DNA from: Myxococcota bacterium
GTDB taxonomy: Bacteria; Myxococcota_A; UBA9160; SZUA-336
Assembly (NCBI GenBank): GCA_965247115.1
Contig: CBDFGR010000002.1
Span: 1,792,001-1,856,000 of the forward strand
Direction of reading: 5' to 3'
Length of the DNA stretch: 64,000 bases
The notes beneath the pieces were generated by a model that was not told the origin of the DNA, ran no database searches, and saw only the letters and a list, made by a program, of their open reading frames with translations. Positions 37,498 to 47,287 of this stretch are shown here, in pieces. Made by a program: the position numbers and the translations under genes. Within the stretch, counting starts at the first letter, position 1, and every line of letters begins with the position of its first letter.

Positions 37498-39692
37498 CCT
37501 CCCCCTTCCAGCGCCTCCGCTTGTGCGAGCGCCTCGGCGCGATCCTCGTTTGCTCGCGCAACGATGTAGGCGCGAACGGACTCGGCGTCGGCCTCGCTCA
37601 GCAGATCCGAGAAGCCGGCCATGCCGGTACTCGCGCGAATCCCGTCGAGCACGATCTGGTTGAAGGTCTGGTGAGATTCCGCTGAGAGCATCCGCAGATC
37701 CGGGATCGCGCCAGAAGACTTCACCTTGATACCGTGACACATTCCACAGGCCTCGTGGTACAGGTGCTCGCCCCGCTGCAGCTCCTCTGCCGACGCCGTC
37801 ACGACCGGTTGCTCGGGGATGTGGTGGTCGAGCACGGCGGGCGCCGTGAGCTCGGCGGTCCCATTGAGCTTGAAGGCGACGAGCTTGCCGAAACCGCCGT
37901 ACCGATAGGCCGCGGTCTCGTTTATGAACCCGCTGAAGTTGTCCCCTGCTCCTCCGATCAGGATTGCCACGTACTGCACGCCGTCGATCTCGTAGCTGAC
38001 AGGCGGCCCGAGAATCGAGGTGAAGGTGTTGTACTGCCACAGCCGCTCGCCGGTCTCGGTGTGGTAGGCGCTCAACATCCCCATGGCATCTCCCTGGAAG
38101 ACGATCCCAGCCGAGGTGGCCAGCGCGCCACCGTTCCAGTAGTGGGGATGCTCCACGGCCCAGAGCTCCTCCCCGCTAAGGGGGTTGAAGGCCTTCAGGT
38201 ATCCCCTGGACTCGGGCTCGCCCGGCGTGTCGTCGGCGAGCTGTGCGATGCGTCCAAGCTCGATCCCCAGGTTCCACGCGGAGGGATTGCGCTTTAGGAA
38301 GCCGGTCTCCTTGTACTCCTGGGACATCGCGTAGACCAGCGCGATCTCCTGCGCGGGAAGGTAGACGATCCCGCTGCCGGGGTCGTACGACATCGCTTGC
38401 CAGTTGTGCCCGCCGTACGGGCCGGGAAGGATCCACTTGGGCTCGTCTATGTAGTCCAGCTCCGGGTTCTCGACCGGGCGTCCCGTCTCCATGTCCACGT
38501 GCGATGCCCAGGTGACGGTCACGAAGGGGTTGGCCCGCAGCAGGGTTCCGTCCGAACGATCGATCACGTAGAAGAAGCCGTTCTTCGGCGCCTGCATCAG
38601 CACCTTGCGTCGCGTGCCGTCGACATCCATCTCGGCGAGCATCATGTCCTGCACCGCCGTGTAGTCCCAGTTGTCGCCTGGCGTGGTCTGGTAGTACCAC
38701 TTCATGCTTCCGGTGTCGGCATCCACGGCGACGATCGAGGCGAGAAACAGGTTGTCGCCACCGCCTGGCGAGCGAATGACTCGCGTCCAGGGCGCGCCGT
38801 TCCCAACGCCGATGTAGAGGTGGTTGAAGTCGGGGTCGTAAACGAGGGAGTTCCATGCCGTCCCCCCGCCCCCGATCTCCCACCACTCGCCGCCCTTCCA
38901 CGTCTTTGCGGCCATCTCCATCTCGGGGTGTTCGAAGGGCAAGGAGGGGTCGCCCGGAACGGTGAAGAAGCGCCACACCTGTTCGCCGGTCTGGGCATCG
39001 TAGGCCGTCACGTAGCCCCGCACGCCGAACTCCGCGCCGCCGTTGCCGATGTACACGTTGCCGCGGGCAGTCCTCGGCGCGCCGGTGATGGAGTAGTTCC
39101 GGGTGCGGTCGATGATGGTATTCGTCTCCCACACCTTCGTCCCCGTCGCGGCATCGATGGCGATGAGCCTACCGTCGAGCGATCCGACGTAGACGTTGCC
39201 CCGGTAGACGGCCACGCCGCGGTTGACGGGGCCGCAGCACGCCTTGCGAAGAAACTCCCTTGGAACCTGCGGATCGTAGGTCCACTTCCGCTCGCCCGTC
39301 ACGGCGTCGTAGGCGTGGACGATGCTGAAAGAGGTCGATACGAAGAGCGTCCCATCCACTACGATGGGCGTCGCCTCCTGCGCGTACACCGAGTTCAGAT
39401 CGTCGACCCATGTGGGCGCTAGTCGACTCACCGTCTCGCGGTTGACCTGGGTCAGCGGCGAGAAGCGCTGCTCATTGTAGTCTCGTCCGTACGCGAGCCA
39501 GTTCCCCGGCTCGCTCCCGGCGTTCTTGATGCGCTCGTCATCGATGAGCCCGATGCGCGGCGCGGCTCCATCGGCTGCCTCCGCGGACGGCGCAGCCTCG
39601 TCCGGCGCGGAGCCGCTATCGCAGCCGCTCCAGAGCGCCGCTCCAGCCGAGAGGAACACCAGCTGTGGCAGAACCAGTGCCCATCGACTCAT
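37494..39692 (-). CDS. PQQ-dependent quinohemoprotein alcohol dehydrogenase (type II), probable lipoprotein
   Basis: ACCGPVNRG vicinal disulfide, GGAEFGVRG, WDYTAVQ, C-terminal CGMCH heme c. Confidence 0.92.
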   Translation of the reverse strand: MSRWALVLPQLVFLSAGAALWSGCDSGSAPDEAAPSAEAADGAAPRIGLIDDERIKNAGSEPGNWLAYGRDYNEQRFSPLTQVNRETVSRLAPTWVDDLNSVYAQEATPIVVDGTLFVSTSFSIVHAYDAVTGERKWTYDPQVPREFLRKACCGPVNRGVAVYRGNVYVGSLDGRLIAIDAATGTKVWETNTIIDRTRNYSITGAPRTARGNVYIGNGGAEFGVRGYVTAYDAQTGEQVWRFFTVPGDPSLPFEHPEMEMAAKTWKGGEWWEIGGGGTAWNSLVYDPDFNHLYIGVGNGAPWTRVIRSPGGGDNLFLASIVAVDADTGSMKWYYQTTPGDNWDYTAVQDMMLAEMDVDGTRRKVLMQAPKNGFFYVIDRSDGTLLRANPFVTVTWASHVDMETGRPVENPELDYIDEPKWILPGPYGGHNWQAMSYDPGSGIVYLPAQEIALVYAMSQEYKETGFLKRNPSAWNLGIELGRIAQLADDTPGEPESRGYLKAFNPLSGEELWAVEHPHYWNGGALATSAGIVFQGDAMGMLSAYHTETGERLWQYNTFTSILGPPVSYEIDGVQYVAILIGGAGDNFSGFINETAAYRYGGFGKLVAFKLNGTAELTAPAVLDHHIPEQPVVTASAEELQRGEHLYHEACGMCHGIKVKSSGAIPDLRMLSAESHQTFNQIVLDGIRASTGMAGFSDLLSEADAESVRAYIVARANEDRAEALAQAEALEGGG

Positions 39693-39713
39693 CTCTTCCC
39701 TCTACTCTTTAGG

Positions 39714-40928
39714 TCAGCCGAACAGATCGAAGGTCTCGAACTCGCCGCCCAGCAGCTCGTTCGTTCTGGAGTGGCCCAGCCAGCCGTCGATGACGGATGC
39801 GTAGACGCGGCGGAAGTCCGTTGTGAAGATCAGGTTGTCGCCGGGATCGAGCTCGGTCAGGCTTGGTCGGTCGCCGTAGTGCCCGCCCTTCACCCCCTTG
39901 CCCGCGACGAACATGAGACCCGCGGCGCCGTGATCGGTCCCGAGGTTGGTGTTCTCCGGCACGCGGCGCCCGAACTCGGAGAAGACCAGGACCGTCACGT
40001 CGGACGCTCGGCCGATCCGTTCGAGGTCAGTTATGAAGCCGGCAATCGCATCCGACACGTACGTGAGAAGGCGCGGGTGCAAGTTGCCCTGGTACACGTG
40101 GGTATCGAAGGAGTTATTGCGGTACGCTGTGTAGTAGAGCCGCGTTGGCAGGCCGTCTGCGATCAGTGCTGCCACCTTCGGGAGATCGAGCGGGACGATG
40201 CCGTAGTCGACGGGCGTGCGGTACAGGCTCCACGCCTCGCGGACGAGATCCGCGGACTCGCGGGCGCTCTGCGCGACATTCTCGAGGTATTCGCGAGAGG
40301 TGTTCGCCGAGCTCACGTCCGGCACGTAGCCAAGGATCTCGTGCTCGCTGTGGAAGCCCTTGCGTGCTAGGCCCTCTGGGTCGTCGAACACGAGCGGCAT
40401 GTGGCGGCGACTGCGCACCGCGAGCGACTGGGAGCTGTCGATGTTGACGATGTAGTCGGAGCCTCCCTCGGGATGAACCGCGTCTGCCAGGCGCCCGAGC
40501 CACCCGTACGGCTCTCCGCTATTCGGAGCGGCCGTGTGCCAGTAGGCCATCGATGTGAAGTGGGAGAACGAGGGCTGCGGGTAGCCACAGCCGTGCACAA
40601 TCGCGAGCCGCCCATCCTTGTACAGACGCTCGAAGCCCGCCATCCCCTCGGGGAAGCCGAAGTGGTCGTCGATCTTGCGCAGCTCCGCGGCCGGAATGCT
40701 GAGGTTCGGGCGCAGCCGGTAGTACGCGTCGTCTCCGTAGGGGACGAGCGTATTGAGACCGTCATTCCCCCCGGAAAGCTCGACCACCACGAGGATCGGC
40801 TCGTTCGTCGCCGCGCGCGCGGCGCGGTTTCCGAACGGTCCCAGCATCGAAGCGCCGATTCCGAGCGCCCCCGTCCGGAGCACGTCGCGGCGACTCAGCA
40901 GGCTCTTGAAGGGACTCGGCTCTCTCAT
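39714..40928 (-). CDS. DUF1501 family protein (Tat signal)
   Basis: SRRDVL, LSGGNDGLNT, FDTH, SEFGRR, GTDHG. Confidence 0.9.
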   Translation of the reverse strand: MREPSPFKSLLSRRDVLRTGALGIGASMLGPFGNRAARAATNEPILVVVELSGGNDGLNTLVPYGDDAYYRLRPNLSIPAAELRKIDDHFGFPEGMAGFERLYKDGRLAIVHGCGYPQPSFSHFTSMAYWHTAAPNSGEPYGWLGRLADAVHPEGGSDYIVNIDSSQSLAVRSRRHMPLVFDDPEGLARKGFHSEHEILGYVPDVSSANTSREYLENVAQSARESADLVREAWSLYRTPVDYGIVPLDLPKVAALIADGLPTRLYYTAYRNNSFDTHVYQGNLHPRLLTYVSDAIAGFITDLERIGRASDVTVLVFSEFGRRVPENTNLGTDHGAAGLMFVAGKGVKGGHYGDRPSLTELDPGDNLIFTTDFRRVYASVIDGWLGHSRTNELLGGEFETFDLFG

Positions 40929-40933
40929 GGCTC

Positions 40934-42739
40934 TTACCCCAGTTGATAGGAAGGCACGCTCAGGATCAGATGAAGCAGCCGGCGCAGCGGCTCTTCCAGG
41001 TAGCTGCGCGCACGCGCGAGGTCACTCGTACCCAGCTCGGTATCCAGAAAGCCGATGAGCTCGCTGCGGAGCTCCGGGTCCGGTGGGACGAGCACGAAGC
41101 GTGCGAGCAGCGCGTCGACGGCCTGCGTCGTCGTCTTTAGCTCTGCGTCGTGGACGATTGCGCGCAGGTCGATGGCGGCCGCAGCGCGCGGGATCGGCTT
41201 GACCCGCTGGATCGCCATCTGCCAGCCCATGTAGCTCCCGTAGCGGGTGTTGAAGTCCTCGTCGCGGTCCGCCATCACGTTCGACATCGCCATCTGATCG
41301 CCATCCTCCGGCATCGTAGCGTTCGAGATGTCCTCACCCCGCGCGATCTTGTCACTCACCTCGCGAATGGTCGGGTCCTGCGGGTAGCGATCGTACGGGA
41401 TGAAGTTGATGTCGGGAAACAGTACGTCGTAGGCGAAGTTCGCTCGTGACAGCAGGAGCCCTGGCGTGATCCAGGCCCTCCCTGAGGGCCAGCCCGCGAC
41501 AGTGGGCGGACGAAAGAGCTGCTGGCCCAGCTCGGAGGTGGCCGAGTTGAAGTCGGGTACGCCGGGCACCTCGCGCAGCCCCAGCTTCCGGTAGGTGGAG
41601 ACCACGAGCTGCGTCGGGCTCTTGATCTGGCCCGCCTGCGAGGCCGGGCTGTAGAAGTCCCGCGAGAGAAACAGGGTCCGCAGCAGCGGGGTGAGCTCGT
41701 AGCCTCCATCGCGGAGCAGCGCTCCCAGCTGCTTCTGGAGGGCCGGCGACAGCTCCTCGCGTACGAAGTAGCGGTAGATCTTCGCGCCGATGAACTCGGC
41801 GGTCACCGGCTGCTCGAGGATGATGTCAATCACGGCGACGCCGTCGAAGTTCCCGGTCTTTCCGAGCACCGTCTTCGAGTCGTCGTCGTGCTGGTCTTCG
41901 TTCACCACGAACTTGAGGTCGACGAAGTTCCAGCCAGTGAACCCCCGCGCCGCCTCGCGGATGTCCTTCTCTGTGTAGTTCCCCTCCCCCATGGTGAAGA
42001 GCTCCATGATCTCACGGGCGAAGTTCTCGTTGGGCGCGCCCTTGACGTTGATGCCCGCGTCGAGGAAGGCGAGCATCGCCGGGTCCTGGGACACGGCGAC
42101 AAGTAGCTCGCGAAAGTTCCCCGTTCCGAGTCGATGGAAGAGGTCTAGCTGGCGCTCCATCTTGCGGTAGTCGCGCACCTTGGTCTCGCTGACGGCGAAG
42201 TGGCCGTGCCAGAAGAGCGCCATCTTCTCCTGTAGCGGCCAGCCCGTGGTCAGCATGCGCTCCGCCCACCAGTAGGCCAGGCGATTCGTCTCCAGGTAGC
42301 TGGCGCGCAGCCAGTAGAAGAAGCGGTTGACGACCGGCTGCATGCGGCGATTGCCCGCGGGCTTCACACGGATGCCGAGCGCCTCGCCCGTCTCGCGCGC
42401 CAGCGTGGTCGTGGCTGGACGGCTCGGCGGGAAGGGCTCGAGGCCCGGATCGTGGACTCCCGAGTGCTCGAAGGGCGGGAGCTCGCCGGGCTTGCTGCGG
42501 AGGATCCGCTCCACCGCCTGTTCCGGTGTGAGCTGGCTGAAGATCTCGATCTCTTCGGGGGTTCCGCCGAAGCCCCCACGCTCGAGCAGGTGGGCGGCAC
42601 TCGCTCGGCTCCAATCCGAGGCGGCAATTGGAGTGAGATCGTCGACCCACGCGTCGCTGTTGGCCGCGGCGCCCGTCGCCAGGAGTAGCGAGATGGCAAG
42701 GCTTGCGCCGAGCTCGGGACAAACTCGGGGTAGCAACAT
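40934..42739 (-). CDS. DUF1800 family protein
   Basis: EKMALFWHGHFA, DPAML, PNENFAREIMELFTMG, PPTVAGW. Confidence 0.9.
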   Translation of the reverse strand: MLLPRVCPELGASLAISLLLATGAAANSDAWVDDLTPIAASDWSRASAAHLLERGGFGGTPEEIEIFSQLTPEQAVERILRSKPGELPPFEHSGVHDPGLEPFPPSRPATTTLARETGEALGIRVKPAGNRRMQPVVNRFFYWLRASYLETNRLAYWWAERMLTTGWPLQEKMALFWHGHFAVSETKVRDYRKMERQLDLFHRLGTGNFRELLVAVSQDPAMLAFLDAGINVKGAPNENFAREIMELFTMGEGNYTEKDIREAARGFTGWNFVDLKFVVNEDQHDDDSKTVLGKTGNFDGVAVIDIILEQPVTAEFIGAKIYRYFVREELSPALQKQLGALLRDGGYELTPLLRTLFLSRDFYSPASQAGQIKSPTQLVVSTYRKLGLREVPGVPDFNSATSELGQQLFRPPTVAGWPSGRAWITPGLLLSRANFAYDVLFPDINFIPYDRYPQDPTIREVSDKIARGEDISNATMPEDGDQMAMSNVMADRDEDFNTRYGSYMGWQMAIQRVKPIPRAAAAIDLRAIVHDAELKTTTQAVDALLARFVLVPPDPELRSELIGFLDTELGTSDLARARSYLEEPLRRLLHLILSVPSYQLG

Positions 42740-42801
42740 GCCGGCTATTCTACACCGAAGCTACCATGCGCCAAGGATGATTCCTCGCGCCAGCGCCAGC
42801 G

Positions 42802-43695
42802 GTGGTCCCCTTGTCCGGGCATGAGCTCGGGCTCGTCCTTCTCTCGGCCCTCCTCCACGCTTCATGGAACGCGGCGGCCAAGCGCAGCGAAAGCCCGACG
42901 GCCTTCCTGCTGACGATGGAAGCCGCGTCGCTCGTGCTCTACCTGCCCGTGTTGATCTTCGGCTTCCGTCTGTCGGATCTCCCGCCAAGCGTGTGGGTGT
43001 GGATTGCGGGATCGGCACTGGTGCACGCGTTCTACGCGTACTGGCTCAGCCGCGGCTACACGCATGGAGACCTGTCGCTCGTCTACCCCATCGCGCGCTC
43101 GACGCCCGCCTTTGTTCCTCTTTTCGCTGTACCGCTGATGGGAGAGAGCGTGTCGTTCACGGGCACTCTGGGGATCGGCCTGGTGGTCGCCGGGATGTGG
43201 GCGATCCAGACCGATGGCAGGCTACAGCTTCGATCCCTGGGTTCCCTGGGCGCCGGGTTCGCCTACCTGACGCTCCTCACCACCGTCGCCTACTCGCTCC
43301 TCGACAAGCGGGCGATGCAGCTCTTGGACGCGGTCGAGTGGGTCGGTCCTGCGCCACGCGCGCTCGTGTACATGGGTCTGTTCGAGGTGGGTTACGTGCC
43401 TCTCTTTTACCTGCTCGCTGCTCGCACCCTGGAGAAGGGCGAGTTCACGCGCGTGGCGCGGAGCGAGTGGGGAACCGCGCTCGTCGGAGCGGTGTTCGGG
43501 ATCTGCAGCTACGCGTTGATCCTGGAAGCGCTGAGGACGGCGCAGGTGAGCTACGTGGTAGCGGTCCGGCAGTCGAGCGTGCTATTCGCGGTCGCACTGG
43601 GAGTGTTCTTCTTGCGCGAGCGTCCCGGAAGGACCCGTGTGCTCGGAACCGTGGCCACGATCGGGGGCGTGGCCTTGATCTCCTTCTACTCCTGA
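42802..43695 (+). CDS. DMT/EamA family transporter
   Basis: SALLHASWN, GDLSLVYPIAR, AVRQSSV. Confidence 0.85.
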   Translation: MVPLSGHELGLVLLSALLHASWNAAAKRSESPTAFLLTMEAASLVLYLPVLIFGFRLSDLPPSVWVWIAGSALVHAFYAYWLSRGYTHGDLSLVYPIARSTPAFVPLFAVPLMGESVSFTGTLGIGLVVAGMWAIQTDGRLQLRSLGSLGAGFAYLTLLTTVAYSLLDKRAMQLLDAVEWVGPAPRALVYMGLFEVGYVPLFYLLAARTLEKGEFTRVARSEWGTALVGAVFGICSYALILEALRTAQVSYVVAVRQSSVLFAVALGVFFLRERPGRTRVLGTVATIGGVALISFYS

Positions 43696-43743
43696 TCCCA
43701 GCGCGCCCGAACACCGTCCCCACGTTCCGGTAGGATGCTGCCC

Positions 43744-44232
43744 ATGGAGCGCTTGACGGAGGCTGCGAGGCGGATCGGGGACGTGCTCAGGGAGCGCGGT
43801 GAAACGATCGGTGTGGCGGAGGGGTCCTGCGGGGGCCTGGTCTCTGCAGCGCTCGTCGCGGTGCCGGGGGCGTCGAACTTCTATGTGGCCGGCGGGGTCT
43901 TCTACACGCGGCCCGCGTTCGCGGAGATCCTGGGCAAGGATCGGGAGGCGCTGCGGGGACTGCGCGGCAGCACAGAGCCGTTCTCACTGATGCTGGCCCG
44001 GCTCGTGCGGGACAAGTTCAGCACCACCTGGGCCGTCGGTGAGAGCGGGGCCAGCGGGCCCTCCGGGAACCGCTACGGCGATGCAGCCGGCCACGTCGCT
44101 CTGGCCGTCGCTGGGCCGGTCGAGAAGAGCGTCATCGTGGAGACGGGTCTCGACGATCGTCAGGAGAACATGTGGCTGTTCTCTGCCGCAGCGCTCGCGC
44201 TCGTCGAGGAGGCCCTTGCCGAGAGTGGCTAG
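43744..44232 (+). CDS. CinA C-terminal/PncC-like protein
   Basis: VAEGSCGGL, VPGAS, ESGASGP. Confidence 0.8.
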   Translation: MERLTEAARRIGDVLRERGETIGVAEGSCGGLVSAALVAVPGASNFYVAGGVFYTRPAFAEILGKDREALRGLRGSTEPFSLMLARLVRDKFSTTWAVGESGASGPSGNRYGDAAGHVALAVAGPVEKSVIVETGLDDRQENMWLFSAAALALVEEALAESG

Positions 44233-44273
44233 GGAGTGGAGGGCAAGACAGTGCCCCGGGAGCCCGGCTCGCG

Positions 44274-44927
44274 TCAGGCGCTCGGCCCGAGGGGATCCAG
44301 GCGTGTGTGCTGGGCCAGCACGCTGATCGCAGCGGCCGCCGCGCTGCGGTGGTCCTTGCGCCAGGGTGGGCCAAGCCCACGTCCGAGCTCGCGGAGAAGC
44401 GATTCGAGGCGCGCGACGTCGACGCGGAGGGCTTGCGCCGCGCACTCGCTCTCCTCCTTCCGCGGAATCAGCTCTGCTGCGATTCCGAGCTCCTCGGCGG
44501 CGGCGCAGAGCCGATCGCGGTAGAGATCGCCGTCGGCAGCGATCATCGCGTTCTGTGACTCGAGGATCTCGGCGAACGTAGCGCGGCGGCGGTGGGGGGG
44601 GCCCCTCTGCAGTGCGATCGAGACGAGTCGATGCTCCGCTCCGAGATCAGCCTGAAGCTGCGACAGGGCGGTACGCGCATGCGCGGCCACCGACCCTTCG
44701 ACCTCGCGGACCAATGCCTCCGCTTGGGCCACCTCGAGCTTCGCGCCCTCGCGGAATGAAGAGCGGCCCGAGCCGTGGTGGTGGGGTTGCGAGGACAGAT
44801 CCGCGCTGACGAGGTCCACCCGACGGCGATCCAGCACCACGAGCGCGCCAGCGCGGACGGCCACGCACACGAAGATCGCCCAGCCTCGATGTTCCGCGAT
44901 CCCCGCGACCGCCGGCGCGCCGCCCAC
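44274..44927 (-). CDS. Hypothetical protein
   Basis: GTG start 2 nt after the upstream stop; GIAEHRGWA..QPHHH..LGPPWRKDH; high-GC codon bias. Confidence 0.6.
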   Translation of the reverse strand: MGGAPAVAGIAEHRGWAIFVCVAVRAGALVVLDRRRVDLVSADLSSQPHHHGSGRSSFREGAKLEVAQAEALVREVEGSVAAHARTALSQLQADLGAEHRLVSIALQRGPPHRRRATFAEILESQNAMIAADGDLYRDRLCAAAEELGIAAELIPRKEESECAAQALRVDVARLESLLRELGRGLGPPWRKDHRSAAAAAISVLAQHTRLDPLGPSA

Positions 44928-44929
44928 GG

Positions 44930-45784
44930 CTACGAGTCCGAAGACGCGCGCAGCGAGTCCAGCAAGAACGTGCCGATGCCAGCGAGGGTCTCGGAGCTTC
45001 CGTTGTCTGCGTCGAGCAGGCGTCCGCGAGGAGCCTCGGCTGCGATCCGCGCTGCCAGCCCGGCTGGATGCAGACGATCGCGTCCCGGCAATACGAGCAG
45101 CGGGGCCGGACACTCCGGAACCCAGCTCTCGGGTACGCTGAAAAAGGGCGTGTCGTCCGGCCAGATGCCGTCCCGGAAGCGGACGACACGTACGGCGTAG
45201 CGCTCGCGTCCCTTCTCGAGCAGCTCCTTCGCGAAGTCGGGGTCGACCAGTCGCTGCGCGTACGGCCCGGCGGCGGGGTTCTCGTCGAAGCGCGGGTTGC
45301 GGCTTGCGGCTTCGACCACTGCCTCGAGTCCAAGGTCGCGTGCCAGGCGCACGGTCTCGTAGAAGAGCGTGTAGAAGTCGTGCCTCGAGTTCGTCGCGTC
45401 GCGCCCCGGCGGCTCGGCAAGGACGGCCGCGGCAACACGCTCCGGCGCGTCGTGGATCAGCCGCAGCGCGTAGGTCGCTCCGATGCCCCATCCCAGCACG
45501 AGCGCAGATCTCGTACCTACTGCGTCGAGCACGGCGAGCTGATCCTGAGCCATCGTTTCGTACGAGAACGGGATGCTCGGCCCCGTGCTGCGCCCGGCGT
45601 AGCGCTGGTCCATGGCGATCACAGAGAAGGCGTCCGCCAGCTTCGCCCGGAGGTCGAACGGCGCGCGGCCCCACGAGTCGATCTCGCTGTTCACGATCCC
45701 CGGGGCGAGGAGGAGCAGCGGCGGTCCGCTTCCCCGTACCTCGTAGGCGACGAGCGTGCCGTCGGGCTGTTCGATCTCTGGCAC
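44930..45784 (-). CDS. Alpha/beta-fold hydrolase
   Basis: YEVRGSGPPLLL, MDQRYAGRS, elbow GWGIG, D..H. Confidence 0.8.
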   Translation of the reverse strand: MPEIEQPDGTLVAYEVRGSGPPLLLLAPGIVNSEIDSWGRAPFDLRAKLADAFSVIAMDQRYAGRSTGPSIPFSYETMAQDQLAVLDAVGTRSALVLGWGIGATYALRLIHDAPERVAAAVLAEPPGRDATNSRHDFYTLFYETVRLARDLGLEAVVEAASRNPRFDENPAAGPYAQRLVDPDFAKELLEKGRERYAVRVVRFRDGIWPDDTPFFSVPESWVPECPAPLLVLPGRDRLHPAGLAARIAAEAPRGRLLDADNGSSETLAGIGTFLLDSLRASSDS

Positions 45785-45856
45785 CGCCCCTCCTTCTGCG
45801 GAAAGACCTCTGATAAGGTATCGCAACAGCGCCTACCACTGCGCGATGGAGGAGCT

Positions 45857-47194
45857 ATGTCCGCCCCGGCCGAGAGCGCCCCGCCCTCGCCCCTGACCCT
45901 GGACACTCTCGACATCACGACGACCGAGCTCTACGTCAAGCACGGCTATCCGTGGGAGGCCTGGGACCTACTGCGGCGAGAAGCACCGGTCTTCTGGTAC
46001 GAGCGCCCGGGCTTCGAGCCGTTCTGGGCCATCACCAAGTACAAGGACATCGCCTGGATCTCGCGCAACCCGCAGACCTTTTCCAACCGCCAGCTCCTGC
46101 GCCTGGCGGAGCTACAGCCCCACAGCGCGGACCTCGAGCGGCAGGAGGACGAGGACCGGCGCTATCGGCCCGCGAACGACGAGCCGCCCGATCTGGTCTT
46201 CATGGACCCGCCGGAGCATCGCCAGTACCGCGCAATCGTCAGCAAGTGGTTTACGCCGAAGGCGATGCAGATCCTCGAGCCGCATCTCCGGGACATGTCC
46301 CAGAGCTACGTGGGCGCCTTCGGACGCATCCTCGCCGACCGGCTGCGCGAGCGTCAGGGCGACGTGACGGACTTCGTTCACGAGTGCGCGGCCAAGCTCC
46401 CCGTGGCGACGATCTGCGAGATGGCCGACGTGCCGCAGGCAGACTGGGAGCAGATCTTTCGCTGGACCGAGGTGCTCGTCGGTTCGGGCGACCCCGAGTA
46501 TCAGGAAGAGGGGAAGGACCCGCGCGAGACGGCGCGCGAGAACATCCACGCGTGGTTCAACTACATGGAGTGGTTGATCAAGAAGCGCCGCGACGAGGGG
46601 CTTGGAGGACACGACCTCCTGACCGCGCTCCTCACCGCGCGCTTCCAGGGTAGGGAGCTCACGCCCCGCGAGATCATGTCCTACGTGATCCTCCTGCTGG
46701 CGGCCGGGAACGAAACCACACGAAACTCGATCACCGGCGGCGTACACGCGCTGATCGAGCACCCCGTGCAGCTGCAGCGCCTGGTGCGGGACCCCGGGCT
46801 ATTGAACCCGGCCGTCGAGGAGATCCTGCGCTGGACATCCGTCGTGATTCAGTTCGTGCGCACGGTGACAGAGGATACGGAGATCCGCGGCCAGAAGATC
46901 CGCAAGGGCGAGATTATCGTCATGTGGTATCCCTCGGCGAACCGCGACGAGGAGATCTTCGAGGATCCCTACACCTTCGATATCGCGCGCGACCCGAACC
47001 CGCACTACGCCTTCGGGGGCTACGGCGAGCACTTTTGCCTTGGCGCAAACCTTGCGCGCTGGGAGATGCGCACGCTGATGCGCGAGCTCATCCCGCTGTT
47101 GCCAAAGCTGGAGCTCGCCGGTGAGCCCGAGCGTTTGCTCGGTCAGCTCCACGTCGGCGGCATCAAGCGCTTGCCGCTGCGCCTGGCAGCGTAG
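45857..47194 (+). CDS. Cytochrome P450
   Basis: AGNETT, EEILR, FGGYGEHFCLG heme-binding motif; SD GGAGG. Confidence 0.95.
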   Translation: MSAPAESAPPSPLTLDTLDITTTELYVKHGYPWEAWDLLRREAPVFWYERPGFEPFWAITKYKDIAWISRNPQTFSNRQLLRLAELQPHSADLERQEDEDRRYRPANDEPPDLVFMDPPEHRQYRAIVSKWFTPKAMQILEPHLRDMSQSYVGAFGRILADRLRERQGDVTDFVHECAAKLPVATICEMADVPQADWEQIFRWTEVLVGSGDPEYQEEGKDPRETARENIHAWFNYMEWLIKKRRDEGLGGHDLLTALLTARFQGRELTPREIMSYVILLLAAGNETTRNSITGGVHALIEHPVQLQRLVRDPGLLNPAVEEILRWTSVVIQFVRTVTEDTEIRGQKIRKGEIIVMWYPSANRDEEIFEDPYTFDIARDPNPHYAFGGYGEHFCLGANLARWEMRTLMRELIPLLPKLELAGEPERLLGQLHVGGIKRLPLRLAA

Positions 47195-47287
47195 GCTCAC
47201 AGAAGTCCCGCCCGGCAAAACGATACCTGTAGAATCCGCCCACCCGGACAGGTGGGTCGAAAGTCCACCGAGTCGACGGAGCAACCC

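Noticed and set aside
44274..47194. Long ORF-track calls 44274-45839 (521 aa) and 45068-47194 (708 aa)
   Set aside because: Their upstream parts are off-frame or antisense shadows of the hydrolase gene; the real starts are probably 44927 and 45857
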